A stretch of DNA of 64,000 nt from Abditibacterium sp. (GCA_965246885.1 OZ251992.1:1920001-1984000), one strand, 5' to 3'; numbered from the stretch's first letter, positions 9,263-18,936 are shown. Notes: generated from the sequence alone by a model not told the origin. Made by a program: numbers and translations.

Positions 9263-10375
9263 ATGAAAACCCTCTTTTTGTCCGTTGGCGACGCTTCGGG
9301 CGACGAGCATTGCGCGTTGCTCGTGCGCGAATTGCTACGCCGCCACCCGGATTGGAAAATCGTCGCGCTCGCGGGGCCGCGCTGTATGGAAGCGGGGGCG
9401 GAGCTACTCGGCTCGACGCAGGGTTTGGGCGTGATTGGCTTCGCGTCGGCCTTGGCGATGGTGCCGCGCTCGTGGAAATTGAAGGAAGCCGCCTTCGCTT
9501 GGCTGCGCGCTAACAAGCCAGACGCCGCCATTTTGTGCGATTGGGGCGGCTTCAACACGCGCATCCTGCCCGAACTGCGCGCGCGCGACATTCCCGTCCT
9601 CTATTATTTCCCGCCGCGCTCGTGGCAAAAGGGCGGCGACGGCGGGACGCAAATCGCGCCCTTGGTTCAGTCCGTCGCCACGCCGTTCGAGTGGAGCGCC
9701 GCCAAACTGCGCGCGAGCGGAGCCAACGCCACTTGGGTCGGCCACCCGATTCTGAAGAAAATCGCCGCGCTACCGAGCCGGGAAGAGTTGCGCGCGCGGT
9801 TTGGCTTTGCGGAAGGCGAAACCGTCGTCGCGCTTCTCGCTGGCTCGCGCGCAATGGAGCTAAAGTGGATCGGCCCGCACTTGGTTCGAGCCACCGATTT
9901 GCTGCGCGGCGCCCAAACGGGCCGCAAGTTCCGCTTCGTCTTCGCCGCTCCCGTTAAGGATGCCGAGGAAGTCGTCGAGAATCAAACGCTCGAACTGCTG
10001 CGCGCCGCCGACATCGGGATAGTCAAATCCGGCACGTCCACACTGGAAGCCGCCGCGCTCGATTTGCCGCAAATTGTCGTTTACGACGCGCCGCCCGTCG
10101 TGCATTGGCAGGTCAACCTGACGGGGCTACGCCGCAAAATCCCCTTTGTGGCGATGCCCAACATCATCCTCGACCGGATGGCGTGCCCGGAGTTTCTGGG
10201 CAAACGGTGCCGCGCGCCGCTCTTCGCCGGGGCCGTGCTGGAGTTGCTCGATTCGCCGGAGAAAATGGCGCAGATGCGCGCGGATTACACCCTCGTCAGG
10301 CGCGCGCTGGGCGCCGATTTGGGTTTCGGCGCAACGGGGCGAACGGCGGAGTTGGTGGAAGAGTTGGTTACTTGA
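9263..10375 (+). CDS. lpxB: Lipid-A-disaccharide synthase
   Basis: GDASGD, D.GGFN, YYFPPRSW, VGHP, LLAGSR, KSGTSTLEAA, MPNII motifs. Confidence 0.92.
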   Translation: MKTLFLSVGDASGDEHCALLVRELLRRHPDWKIVALAGPRCMEAGAELLGSTQGLGVIGFASALAMVPRSWKLKEAAFAWLRANKPDAAILCDWGGFNTRILPELRARDIPVLYYFPPRSWQKGGDGGTQIAPLVQSVATPFEWSAAKLRASGANATWVGHPILKKIAALPSREELRARFGFAEGETVVALLAGSRAMELKWIGPHLVRATDLLRGAQTGRKFRFVFAAPVKDAEEVVENQTLELLRAADIGIVKSGTSTLEAAALDLPQIVVYDAPPVVHWQVNLTGLRRKIPFVAMPNIILDRMACPEFLGKRCRAPLFAGAVLELLDSPEKMAQMRADYTLVRRALGADLGFGATGRTAELVEELVT

Positions 10376-10402
10376 CCCTCAGCCTCCGCCGTGAACTCTA
10401 AC

Positions 10403-11033
10403 TGTGCCCGGCGACTGAAGTCGCGGCAACCCACAGCAAAGCCTCCCTGCGGAGGCTGGAAAGTTAGAACTCTTCGGTCTCGTCTATGAAACACTGCTCC
10501 CACTCATCGTGCAAAGTGCCCGCGCGGTGGTGTTCCTTTTGAGAACGGACGTAGCGTTTGACGGCAGGGACGGCGCGGGGACTGACGGTGAACGCGCCGT
10601 AAGCGCCTTGCCAACGGAACTTGTCCGCGCGCTCGATTTCGGCGTTCATCAGGTGCGACGAGGCGCCTTTGATTTCTTGCACCAACCCCGCGACTGCGAC
10701 AACTGGACGGACGCGAACGAGCAGATGCACGTGGTCTTCGACCCCGCCGAACGCGACAACCTTGCACCTCAATTCCTCCGTCTTGCTCACCATCGCGCCA
10801 AATAATCGGGCCTCATCCGACGGTCTGATGAGCGGCTCCCGGTCGTAAGTGGCCCACACCAAGTGGAAATACAACTGATGAAAAGGTTCGCGCATGGTTT
10901 GAACTCCTATGTCTACAGGCCCGGCGACTGAAGTCGCGGCAACCCACAGCGAAGTCGGCCTACGCCGACTGGAAGTGCAGCCTCCGCAGGGAGGCTTTGC
11001 CGTGTGTTGCCGCGACTTCAGTCGCCGGGCACA
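10403..11033. mobile_element. IS200/IS605-type Y1 transposase element with REP-type flanks (RAYT/REPtron-like)
   Basis: 56-bp inverted repeats 10403-10458 and 10978-11033 (2 mismatches) and a third copy at 10919-10970 around tnpA. Confidence 0.8.
10464..10895 (-). CDS. tnpA: IS200/IS605 family HUH Y1 transposase
   Basis: LYFHLVWAT, EDHVHLL (HUH), IKGASS, WQGAYGAFTVS, YVRSQKEHH (catalytic Tyr). Confidence 0.92.
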   Translation of the reverse strand: MREPFHQLYFHLVWATYDREPLIRPSDEARLFGAMVSKTEELRCKVVAFGGVEDHVHLLVRVRPVVAVAGLVQEIKGASSHLMNAEIERADKFRWQGAYGAFTVSPRAVPAVKRYVRSQKEHHRAGTLHDEWEQCFIDETEEF

Positions 11034-11088
11034 AGCAGGCCGGGCACAGGCTGGGCACAAGAAATGGGCACAATAGAAGAAAAGAAGA

Positions 11089-12144
11089 TCAACTCAAATG
11101 CCGCAGAACTGCCGCGCCCATTTCGTCCGTTGAGCAGCTTACTTCGCCCGCGCAGATGTCCTTGGTGTGATAGCCCTCGTCCAGCGCCTTTTGAACTGCC
11201 GCCTCGATTCTAAGTGCCAAGTCCTCGCGCTCGAAGGTGTAGCGCATCATCATGGCGCACGCGAGGATGGTGGCGAGCGGGTTAGCGATGCCTTGTCCGG
11301 CGATGTCGGGGGCGCTGCCGTGAACGGGTTCATACATCGAAACGCCGCCGGGAGCGAAGTTGGCGCTGGGACTCATGCCCAAACTGCCGACGATGGCGGC
11401 GGCTTCGTCGGAAATGATGTCGCCGAACATGTTGTCCGTCACGACCACGTCCCACCGTTTGGGCGAGGGGTCTTGCAAGACGAGGATGCAAAAGGAGTCC
11501 ACTAACTGCGAGGAGCATTGAAAATCGGGGTGATTCTTCCCCATCGCCTCAAACATGCGCCGCCAATACAAGGAGGCGCTGAGGACGTTGGCCTTGTCTA
11601 CCGAGATAATCCGCTTGTCGCGCTTGCGCGCCACGTCAAAGGCGAACTCCAAGATGCGCCGCACGCCGCGCTCGGTGAAAAGGTTGATGTCGGTCGCGGT
11701 GGTGGCGCCAATGCCGCCCATGCGCGCATAAAGCCCCTCGGAGTTCTCGCGGATAATCACGAAATCTACCCCACGCTCCAACAGCTTGTCCTTGAGCGGC
11801 GAAGCGGCTTCGAGTCCGCGAAACAGTTTCACGGGGCGGATGTTGACGTATTGCTCGAAGATTTGGCGAAGCGCCAGAATCCCGTCGCGCTCGACGACGC
11901 CCGCTTCGATGTCGGGCCGCCCCATCGGGCCTTTCAAGACGGCATCGCAACCGCGCAGGGTGGCGAGGGATTCGGCGGGCAGAACGTGCCCGGTTTCTAA
12001 AAAGGTCGCGCCGCCAACGGGGGCTTTGACGAACTCAAACGACAGCCCCGACCCACGCGAGACGGCTTCGAGCGTTGAAACGCCCCACGACACAACTTCC
12101 GGCCCCACGCCGTCGCCCTCGATTACGCCAATTTTATGGTTCAT
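11089..12144 (-). CDS. leuB: 3-isopropylmalate dehydrogenase
   Basis: GDGVGPEV, RENSEGLY, VDKANVL, NMFGDIISDE, EPVHGSAPDIAG, ANP. Confidence 0.85.
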   Translation of the reverse strand: MNHKIGVIEGDGVGPEVVSWGVSTLEAVSRGSGLSFEFVKAPVGGATFLETGHVLPAESLATLRGCDAVLKGPMGRPDIEAGVVERDGILALRQIFEQYVNIRPVKLFRGLEAASPLKDKLLERGVDFVIIRENSEGLYARMGGIGATTATDINLFTERGVRRILEFAFDVARKRDKRIISVDKANVLSASLYWRRMFEAMGKNHPDFQCSSQLVDSFCILVLQDPSPKRWDVVVTDNMFGDIISDEAAAIVGSLGMSPSANFAPGGVSMYEPVHGSAPDIAGQGIANPLATILACAMMMRYTFEREDLALRIEAAVQKALDEGYHTKDICAGEVSCSTDEMGAAVLRHLS

Positions 12145-12156
12145 AGAGCGCCGAAG

Positions 12157-12516
12157 TTAACCAACTGCCGCGCGGTAGTGCGCCCATACGCGGCTTACCA
12201 ATCCGTCGCCGTCGAAAAGCACGGTTTCCGCCGCGTCCAAGTCGTTCACGCTCCGGTAAACGAGGACAATGCTCTGCGCTCCGGCAAAAGCGCGGGCGCC
12301 CGGAAAGTGCAAATCGGGGAAGCGTTCTAAGGCGAGCGCGAAATAGGCGGCAAGCGCCGCGCGCCCGACAACCAGCGAATCGCCAGTTAGCGCCTTGGCG
12401 AAAGGCGAGGAGAACTCGACATCGGGCGCGTAGTGCGCGAGGATGGCGGGCAGGTCGTGGGCGTTCCAGTCACGGAGCCACGCGGCGGCGAAGCGGTCAG
12501 CGTCGGTTTGATGCAT
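12157..12516 (-). CDS. SnoaL-like / NTF2 family protein
   Basis: FAAAWLRDWNAHDLPAILAHYAPDVEFSSP pattern. Confidence 0.75.
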   Translation of the reverse strand: MHQTDADRFAAAWLRDWNAHDLPAILAHYAPDVEFSSPFAKALTGDSLVVGRAALAAYFALALERFPDLHFPGARAFAGAQSIVLVYRSVNDLDAAETVLFDGDGLVSRVWAHYRAAVG

Positions 12517-12538
12517 TTGCGGGGAACACCTATCAGTA

Positions 12539-12555
12539 TTGGCATCGAAAGTGCT
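12539..12555 (+). promoter_or_regulatory. Putative sigma-54 (-24/-12) promoter
   Basis: TTGGCATCGAAAGTGCT, GG-N10-GC spacing, ~60 nt upstream of a gene with an AAGGAG RBS. Confidence 0.5.
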
Positions 12556-12612
12556 TGAGTGGAATACGAAGAAGCTCAAGGGAGCAATTTTCAAAAGGAG
12601 AAACAAAACACT

Positions 12613-12858
12613 ATGGGTTTGATTATCACCATCTTGATGGGCGCGTTCATTGGCTGGATTGCGTCCATGATCATGAAGACCGACGCGAGCATGGGCGCGT
12701 TGGCCAACATCATCGCCGGTATCGTCGGCTCCGCCATCGGCGGTTTTCTATTCGGCAAAGGCGGCAACATGATCATTCAGATCATCGTGGGCGTCATCGG
12801 GGCTTGCATCCTCATCGGAATTGTCAAGCTTCTCACTGGAAGAAAGACCACCGTCTAA
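12613..12858 (+). CDS. GlsB/YeaQ/YmgE family (transglycosylase-associated) stress membrane protein
   Basis: 81 aa, GAFIGWIAS...NIIAGIVGSAIGG...VIGACILI; AAGGAG RBS. Confidence 0.9.
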   Translation: MGLIITILMGAFIGWIASMIMKTDASMGALANIIAGIVGSAIGGFLFGKGGNMIIQIIVGVIGACILIGIVKLLTGRKTTV

Positions 12859-12872
12859 CGGCAATTAACTCG

Positions 12873-12900
12873 AACGCCCCGCTCAAAAGAGCGGGGCGTT
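12873..12900. terminator. Hairpin terminator between convergent genes
   Basis: AACGCCCCGCTC-AAAA-GAGCGGGGCGTT. Confidence 0.7.
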
Positions 12901-12907
12901 TGGCGTT

Positions 12908-13783
12908 TCAGTGGTTGCCCTGCGCGATGAGACGATGCAAATACTGCCCGTATTCCGTCTTCTCGAACCGCTTGGCGGCGCGTAGCACTTCTTCCTCGCC
13001 GATGAAGCCCATCTGATACGCGACTTCTTCGAGGCAAGCAATCTTTAACCCCTGCCGCTTTTCGATGGTGGCGATGAAGCTCCCAGCTTCGAGGAGCGAG
13101 TCGTGCGTGCCGGTGTCGAGCCACGCGGCACCTCTGGTGAGCTTTTGGGCGCGCAAATCGCCGCGCTGCAAGTAGGCGTTGTTGACTTCGGTGATTTCCA
13201 GTTCTCCGCGCGGACTGGGGCGGACGGCTTTGGCAATCTCGACCACATCGCGGTCGTAGAAATAGAGGCCGACAACGGCGAAGTTCGACTTGGGGTGGGC
13301 GGGTTTTTCTTCGATGGACAACACGCGCCCCTCGCGGCTCCACTCGATGACGCCATAGCGGTTGGGGTCGGCGACTTGATACCCGAAAACTTGTGCGCCC
13401 GTTTCGATGGTCGCGGCGCTTTGGAGAGCCTCGGACAAGCCTTGGGCATAAAAGATGTTATCGCCCAAGATAAGGCAGGCGCCCTCGCCCGCCAGAAACT
13501 GTTCACCGATAAGAAACGCTTGCGCGAGGCCGTCGGGCGAGGGCTGTTCGGCATATTCAAGGGAAATCCCCCACTGCGAGCCGTCGCCGAGCAGTTCGCG
13601 GAAGTGCGGCAGGTCGTGCGGCGTGGAAATGAGCAGAATCTCGCGCAAACCCGCCAACATGAGCGTGGACAAGGGATAATAAATCATCGGCTTGTCATAG
13701 ACGGGCAGCAATTGCTTGGAGATAGCGAGCGTGAGCGGGTGGAGCCGCGTGCCGGAACCCCCGGCGAGGACGATGCCTTTCAT
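12908..13783 (-). CDS. rfbA: Glucose-1-phosphate thymidylyltransferase
   Basis: [50 protein letters not shown]. Confidence 0.97.
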   Translation of the reverse strand: MKGIVLAGGSGTRLHPLTLAISKQLLPVYDKPMIYYPLSTLMLAGLREILLISTPHDLPHFRELLGDGSQWGISLEYAEQPSPDGLAQAFLIGEQFLAGEGACLILGDNIFYAQGLSEALQSAATIETGAQVFGYQVADPNRYGVIEWSREGRVLSIEEKPAHPKSNFAVVGLYFYDRDVVEIAKAVRPSPRGELEITEVNNAYLQRGDLRAQKLTRGAAWLDTGTHDSLLEAGSFIATIEKRQGLKIACLEEVAYQMGFIGEEEVLRAAKRFEKTEYGQYLHRLIAQGNH

Positions 13784-13797
13784 AACGGCGCGTAGTG

Positions 13798-13812
13798 TGG
13801 CATTGATTCTGC
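13798..13812 (+). promoter_or_regulatory. Putative sigma-54 (-24/-12) promoter
   Basis: TGGCATTGATTCTGC, GG-N10-GC spacing, ~90 nt upstream of gene at 13904. Confidence 0.5.
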
Positions 13813-13903
13813 CGTAAAGACACCCGACTTCCCGACCCCGCGCCCAGATTCTTTTGAACACTTGTCCGCGCGCGGGGTCAAGTTATCCGAGGAAACAACT
13901 TTT

Positions 13904-14443
13904 ATGGCTTATGATCCAGAAGCCCGGCGTCAGGGCAATTCGGCGCTTATTATTGGTTTGGTCGCCCTGCTTATCGCGGGCGGCGCAGCGCTCGCTTACT
14001 TTGCGACGCGCGGCAACAATACCGAGACCCCCCCCGTCGCCGTTGTGCAGGGGCACGACAAAACGGTTATCGTTCAGCAAACGGCGGCCCCCGGCCCGGC
14101 TGTTGTCGTGACTTCGGCCCCGCAAATCGTTGGCGTTCCCGTTGTGGGCGCCACCAGTAAGCCGAACACCATAATCGTGAACCGGAACACTACCACCACG
14201 CGCAACACCCACACCACGACGCACGACACCCGCATCATCGTGGCGCCCACCGCTTCCGCTCAAAGCGGCTCCGCGAGCGGCGGAAACTCCAGCCGCCCTT
14301 CCACCGATACCGCTTCGCCCACCGAAGCTCCCGCCGCGTCCAGCGACTCCAACACCGCGACCAACGACGCCAACACTTCGGCCAGCGACACGAACACTGC
14401 TACTGGTGGCGGCGCAAGCAATACCGGCAACTCCGGTTATTAA
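13904..14443 (+). CDS. Hypothetical single-TM protein with Thr/Ser/Asn-rich low-complexity tail
   Basis: One hydrophobic helix then disordered tail; GAGG RBS; downstream terminator. Confidence 0.7.
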   Translation: MAYDPEARRQGNSALIIGLVALLIAGGAALAYFATRGNNTETPPVAVVQGHDKTVIVQQTAAPGPAVVVTSAPQIVGVPVVGATSKPNTIIVNRNTTTTRNTHTTTHDTRIIVAPTASAQSGSASGGNSSRPSTDTASPTEAPAASSDSNTATNDANTSASDTNTATGGGASNTGNSGY

Positions 14444-14468
14444 GGCGTTTGCCACCGCTTCGCATCGC

Positions 14469-14499
14469 AAAAGGGCACCCACAGGGGGTGCCCTTTTTT
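14469..14499 (+). terminator. Rho-independent terminator
   Basis: AAAAGGGCACCC-loop-GGGTGCCCTTTTTT. Confidence 0.8.
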
Positions 14500-14518
14500 G
14501 CGCCTTCTCCTGTGCCAC

Positions 14519-14544
14519 AGGGCACCTACGTGGGTTGCCCCTAC
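14519..14544 (-). repeat. GTAG-type REP unit
   Basis: Reverse complement reads GTAGGGGCAACCCACGTAGGTGCCCT (GTAG foot plus imperfect palindrome). Confidence 0.6.
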
Positions 14545-14614
14545 GCTCCATTAGGCATGCCTCCAATCTCGCGGGGGCGCGGGCGGGCTAATGGGCGTCT
14601 GTCTTTCACCCCCA

Positions 14615-15784
14615 ATGAGATTCCTGCACACCGCCGACTGGCACCTCGGTTTGCGTTTGGGCGCACACGACCTCTGCGACGCGCAGTTCGCCCAAGTCGA
14701 GCGACTCGCGCAAGCGTGCGACGACCTCCAAGTAGATGTGCTCCTCGTAGCCGGTGATGTCTTCGAGAAGCGCACCGGCCTCGCGGCTCTGACCAAGCGC
14801 CTCGCCGCCATCCTCAAGCCGCGCATGGAGCGCGGGTTGCACGTCGTCCTCGCGTATGGCAACCACGACGACCGCGAGCATTTCCGCATGATGCGCGCGC
14901 TTTTGGACATCGAGAGCGACGCGGGCCGCTTGCGCGTGGTCGAAGCGCCCGCTAACTTCGAGCTTGGCGGCGTGCAGTGGGGCGTCGTGCCGTATCCCGA
15001 CCGCGACACCCTCGCCCAATTCGCCGCCGACCGGAGCGACACCCCGGACGGCGCGGGCCGCAACGAGACGCTCAGCCAAAGCTACGCTGCCATCGTGCGC
15101 GGCGTCGCGGAAGGCTTCCGGCCCGACGTCCCTGCCGTCTTCGTCGCGCATATTTCCGTTGCGGGTGTCCAAACCGCCTCCTCGTTGGAGCTATCCTACA
15201 ACCAAGACATTGTGCTCGGCCAAAGCGACTTGCCCGCCAACTGCTCGTATATCGCGCTCGGCCACATCCACCAAGCGCAGCGCGTGGGCGGTGCGGCGGC
15301 GGTGCCCTGTTATTACGCGGGCAACCTCGACCGCTTCAATCGCGGCGAGCGGCACGACCGGCAAAAGGGCGCGTGGCTGGTGGATATTCCCGCACACGGC
15401 CCCGCCCGCTCCGGCGTCGAGGTGCAGTGGCTCGATTTGCCCGTCACGCCGTTTCTCGACATCGCAATCGCCGCCGACGAGGTGGAGGAGTTGCCCGCGC
15501 GCTACCCCGACTTGGCGCGTGGCTTTGTGCACGTGACGCTCGATTGCACGGACACCCCCGACCCCATCAAAGCGCGGCGACGCGTGTATGAACTGTGCCC
15601 GCGCGTGTTGGACGTGGTGCTGACGGGCGACACACCGGCGCTTGCCGAAGAGACATGGGCGCCGCGCGACTGGCGCCAGACGGCGCTGGCGTTCGTTGAG
15701 GAGCGCTTCGCGGGGCGCGCGGACTTGGCCGACTTGCAAGAGAAGACGCGCGACCTGTTGGCGGAGGTGGAAGCATGCTCTTGA
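14615..15784 (+). CDS. sbcD: Exonuclease SbcCD subunit D (Mre11-like metallophosphoesterase)
   Basis: HTADWHLG, AGDVF, GNHD, AH, YIALGHIH motifs. Confidence 0.9.
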   Translation: MRFLHTADWHLGLRLGAHDLCDAQFAQVERLAQACDDLQVDVLLVAGDVFEKRTGLAALTKRLAAILKPRMERGLHVVLAYGNHDDREHFRMMRALLDIESDAGRLRVVEAPANFELGGVQWGVVPYPDRDTLAQFAADRSDTPDGAGRNETLSQSYAAIVRGVAEGFRPDVPAVFVAHISVAGVQTASSLELSYNQDIVLGQSDLPANCSYIALGHIHQAQRVGGAAAVPCYYAGNLDRFNRGERHDRQKGAWLVDIPAHGPARSGVEVQWLDLPVTPFLDIAIAADEVEELPARYPDLARGFVHVTLDCTDTPDPIKARRRVYELCPRVLDVVLTGDTPALAEETWAPRDWRQTALAFVEERFAGRADLADLQEKTRDLLAEVEACS

Positions 15785-18700
15785 ACCGCGTGAGTTTGCA
15801 AGGCTTCCTCGCCCACCGGGGAAGCGAAAGCGGCGGTAAGATGGCGCCCATTGAGGTGGACTTGCGCGCCTCCAACCTGTGGCTGATGCACGGCCCCAAC
15901 GGAAGCGGCAAAAGCGCGGTCTTCGACGCCATCACCTTCGCCCTGTTCGATGAGGCGCGCGGGAGCCGCTTTGGGCAACTGGTCAACGATCAATCCCAAT
16001 CCGCCCACGTCGAAGTCGAACTGGAAGTGGGCGGCGCCCGCTTTCTCGTGAAGCGCCACCTCAAGCTCAACCGCGCCCGTGACGCGCACACCCTGACAGG
16101 CGAGGTGTGGCGCTGGAACGAGGCCGCCGGAAGGTGGGAAGTCGAGGCGGGCGTTGGGAACAAGGTCAAAGAGTGGGCCGCGCGCACCTTGCAAATCTCC
16201 TACGCCAACTTCGTCTCCGCCGTCGTCTTGCGCCAAGGCGAGGCCGACCGCTTTCTGCTCGCCAAACCCCCGGAGCGCAAAGACCGGCTCATGGAACTGC
16301 TCGACCTCGACATCTACAAGCGGCTGGGAAGTGCCGCCAACGCGCGCCGCACCGCCTACGCCAACCTCGCCAAGGACAAGCAAAAGCGCCTCGACGCCTG
16401 TCCTGCCGTGAGCGAGGAAGAACTCGCGTTTGCCCGCACCGCCGCCGAAGATGCCGCGCGCGTCGCCGAGGAAACCCGCGTTGCCCACGAGCGCGCCCAA
16501 AGATTGCACGAGGCCGCCACTCTCGCGGCGTCATTGCGCGCACAAATTGCCGAGAAGGAGCGTTTGCGCGAGGAAGACGACGCCATCTTGCGTGACGAGA
16601 GCGCCATTGAGGAGGCCGCGCGCGAATCGCAAACCCTCGCCGCCGCGCTCCCCCTTTTGCGCGCCGTCGCCGGGGCACGGGGGCAACTCGCCGCCGCGCA
16701 GCAGAACCATGCCTGCGCCGAACGCACCTTGCACGCCGCCCAAGCGGACGCCGAGCGCTTGACGGCGCCCGTCGCCGCCGCGCAGGAAGAATACGCCGCA
16801 TCGCAAGCTGCATCTGAAGCGGCTCGGCAAGCCCTCGCTGCTGCGCGCGCCACCGCCGAGGGTGCCGCGCGCGACGCCGCCACGCTCGCTACCCTCGAAG
16901 TCTTGGAGCGGCAAATCACCGCCGCGCGCGAGCAACTCGTCCCTCACGAAACTATCCTGCGCGCCGCGCCAGTCATCGAAGCGCGCCGTGTCCGTTTGGC
17001 CGAGTTACGCGCGGCGGAAGCCAAAGTCCGCGCCGTCTGGGATGCCCGCGCCAAGGCTTATGCTTCCAACGATGCGTACATGAAGGCCGAGCGGCAACAC
17101 TTGGACGCTATCGGAGACGCGGACGCCAAAGCGCGCGCCGCCTTCGCCGCTCAAGCCGCATTGGAGCAAGCCGCCGCTCACGCTGAAGAGTTGGAGCGCC
17201 AGAAAATCGAAGTCGCAGCCGAACTGCGCTTTCAAAGCGACCTGTCGGCGCGGCGCCAAACGCTGGACAAGGCCGCCTTGTGCCCGACGTGCGGCACCCC
17301 GTTGGACGAAGCTGCCGTTGCCCCGCGCTTAGCCGAAGAGCGCGCACGGTTGGCAAGCGCCATTGGAGCCTTGCAAGAGCGCGCGGCGACTTTGGCCAGC
17401 GACTACAAGCGGGCGCTTGCCGCCAAAAAGCAGTGCGAAACCGCCTTCCAAAAGGCGAACCGTGCCGCTCAAACTGCCAACGAAGCCCTCGCGGGCGCGC
17501 TCGCCTCGTTGGGTGCCGCGCAGCAACTCGCCGCCGTCCGGCGCGCCGAGTTAGAAGAGCGTCGGCGGGAAGCCGGAGCGTTCGCCGACACCTCAGAGGA
17601 TGCCTTGGCCGCGCAAATGCAGGCGCTGAACGCTGAGGGTCTTGACGCTGACTTAGCGCGCTTGGCTGACGCGCGGCGCGTGCAACTGGAAAGCGAAGCC
17701 ACGACTCGCGCGTGCGGCGTGCAACTCCAAGGCTTGCCCGCTTGGGATGCCGCGCGCCGCGCGCACATCCGAGAAAGCGCCCAAGCGGGCGCTGCCTCCG
17801 TCGCGCGGGCCGAGGACGCAGTCGAAACGGCGCGCGTCGCCGAGGTTGCGGCGGGGGAGGCGGCAGTCGCGGCTTGGCGGGCGTCCGAAGCGGCCCAGTC
17901 CGCCGCGCAAGTTGCTGCCGGACTTTTAGAAGGCGCCATTCAATCCGAATGCGCCGCGCTCGAGGCGTTCGAGCGCGAAAGCGCGCGCTTGCCACCCGTT
18001 TGGGCCGCGCATCCCGCCGCGCGGGAGGATGGGGCGCTGCATGAGTTGGAAGCCCGCGCGCAATCGCTGCGCGACATGGGGGAACGACTCGCCCACTTAA
18101 ACCAAGCGCGCACGCGCATGGCGGAACTGACGGGCACGTTAAGTGCTTTGCTGGCGCAACTCCGCGAGTTGCCCGCCGACACGCCGGAGTCGGTCGCCGA
18201 TGCCGGTGAAGCGTTGGCGGGGGCCGTTCACCGTTCCGCCCATGCACGTGAAGCCGCAAACGAGGCCGCGTGGCGCCTGAGCGACTTGGAAACTGCGCGC
18301 CGTGCCTTCGAGACGGCGCGCGCGCAACGCGATGACGCGGCCACTCAAGCCGCGCGCTATGGCGACTTGGCGGGCGCCTTCGGACGCGACGGCTTGCAAG
18401 CCAAAATCGTCCAAGACGCACAGCACTCCCTCACCCGCCTCGCCAACGGCATCTTGGGCCGCTTGTCCAACGGCGAGTGGCAAATAGATTTGCGCGGCGA
18501 AACCGAGAACGAGTTGGAAATCATCGCCCGCGACGAAGCGCGCGGCGGGGTCGAGCGCACCTTTGACTGCTTAAGCGGCGGCGAGCGGTTTCGCGTCGCC
18601 ATCAGCGTCGCCATTGCCATCGGCCAAATGGCGTGCGGCGGCGCCCCGATGAATACCCTCGTCATAGACGAAGGCTTTGGCGCCCTCGACGAAACCAACC

Positions 18701-18867
18701 GCGCCCTCATGGTGGACAACCTGCGCCACCTGAGCGAGCACGAACTACGCGGCGGGCGCATCATCGTCGTTTCGCATCAAGACGACGTGTGCGACGCTTT
18801 CGGCCACCGCCTCCGCCTGTCGCGCGACGCGGGCGGCTACGCGCGCGTTGAAACCGTGCGCGAGTGA
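15775..18867 (+). CDS. sbcC: Exonuclease SbcCD subunit C (Rad50-like SMC ATPase)
   Basis: GPNGSGKS Walker A, coiled coil with CPTC zinc hook, LSGGE, IDEGFGALD, VSH. Confidence 0.92.
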   Translation: MLLNRVSLQGFLAHRGSESGGKMAPIEVDLRASNLWLMHGPNGSGKSAVFDAITFALFDEARGSRFGQLVNDQSQSAHVEVELEVGGARFLVKRHLKLNRARDAHTLTGEVWRWNEAAGRWEVEAGVGNKVKEWAARTLQISYANFVSAVVLRQGEADRFLLAKPPERKDRLMELLDLDIYKRLGSAANARRTAYANLAKDKQKRLDACPAVSEEELAFARTAAEDAARVAEETRVAHERAQRLHEAATLAASLRAQIAEKERLREEDDAILRDESAIEEAARESQTLAAALPLLRAVAGARGQLAAAQQNHACAERTLHAAQADAERLTAPVAAAQEEYAASQAASEAARQALAAARATAEGAARDAATLATLEVLERQITAAREQLVPHETILRAAPVIEARRVRLAELRAAEAKVRAVWDARAKAYASNDAYMKAERQHLDAIGDADAKARAAFAAQAALEQAAAHAEELERQKIEVAAELRFQSDLSARRQTLDKAALCPTCGTPLDEAAVAPRLAEERARLASAIGALQERAATLASDYKRALAAKKQCETAFQKANRAAQTANEALAGALASLGAAQQLAAVRRAELEERRREAGAFADTSEDALAAQMQALNAEGLDADLARLADARRVQLESEATTRACGVQLQGLPAWDAARRAHIRESAQAGAASVARAEDAVETARVAEVAAGEAAVAAWRASEAAQSAAQVAAGLLEGAIQSECAALEAFERESARLPPVWAAHPAAREDGALHELEARAQSLRDMGERLAHLNQARTRMAELTGTLSALLAQLRELPADTPESVADAGEALAGAVHRSAHAREAANEAAWRLSDLETARRAFETARAQRDDAATQAARYGDLAGAFGRDGLQAKIVQDAQHSLTRLANGILGRLSNGEWQIDLRGETENELEIIARDEARGGVERTFDCLSGGERFRVAISVAIAIGQMACGGAPMNTLVIDEGFGALDETNRALMVDNLRHLSEHELRGGRIIVVSHQDDVCDAFGHRLRLSRDAGGYARVETVRE

Positions 18868-18936
18868 AGCGCATCCTTACATAAGATCAGGAAAAACGGC
18901 GCACCTTCACTTGCACGCGCCCGTCCAAGGTGCCCT

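Noticed and set aside
8978..9310. Minus-strand ORF of LARLWRE heptads resembling a coiled coil
   Set aside because: By-product of the 21-bp array; antisense within the lpxA-lpxB operon and overlapping lpxB
14615..18867. SMC plus nuclease as a Wadjet/Lamassu-type defence system
   Set aside because: Mre11-type phosphoesterase and CxxC zinc hook indicate ordinary SbcCD
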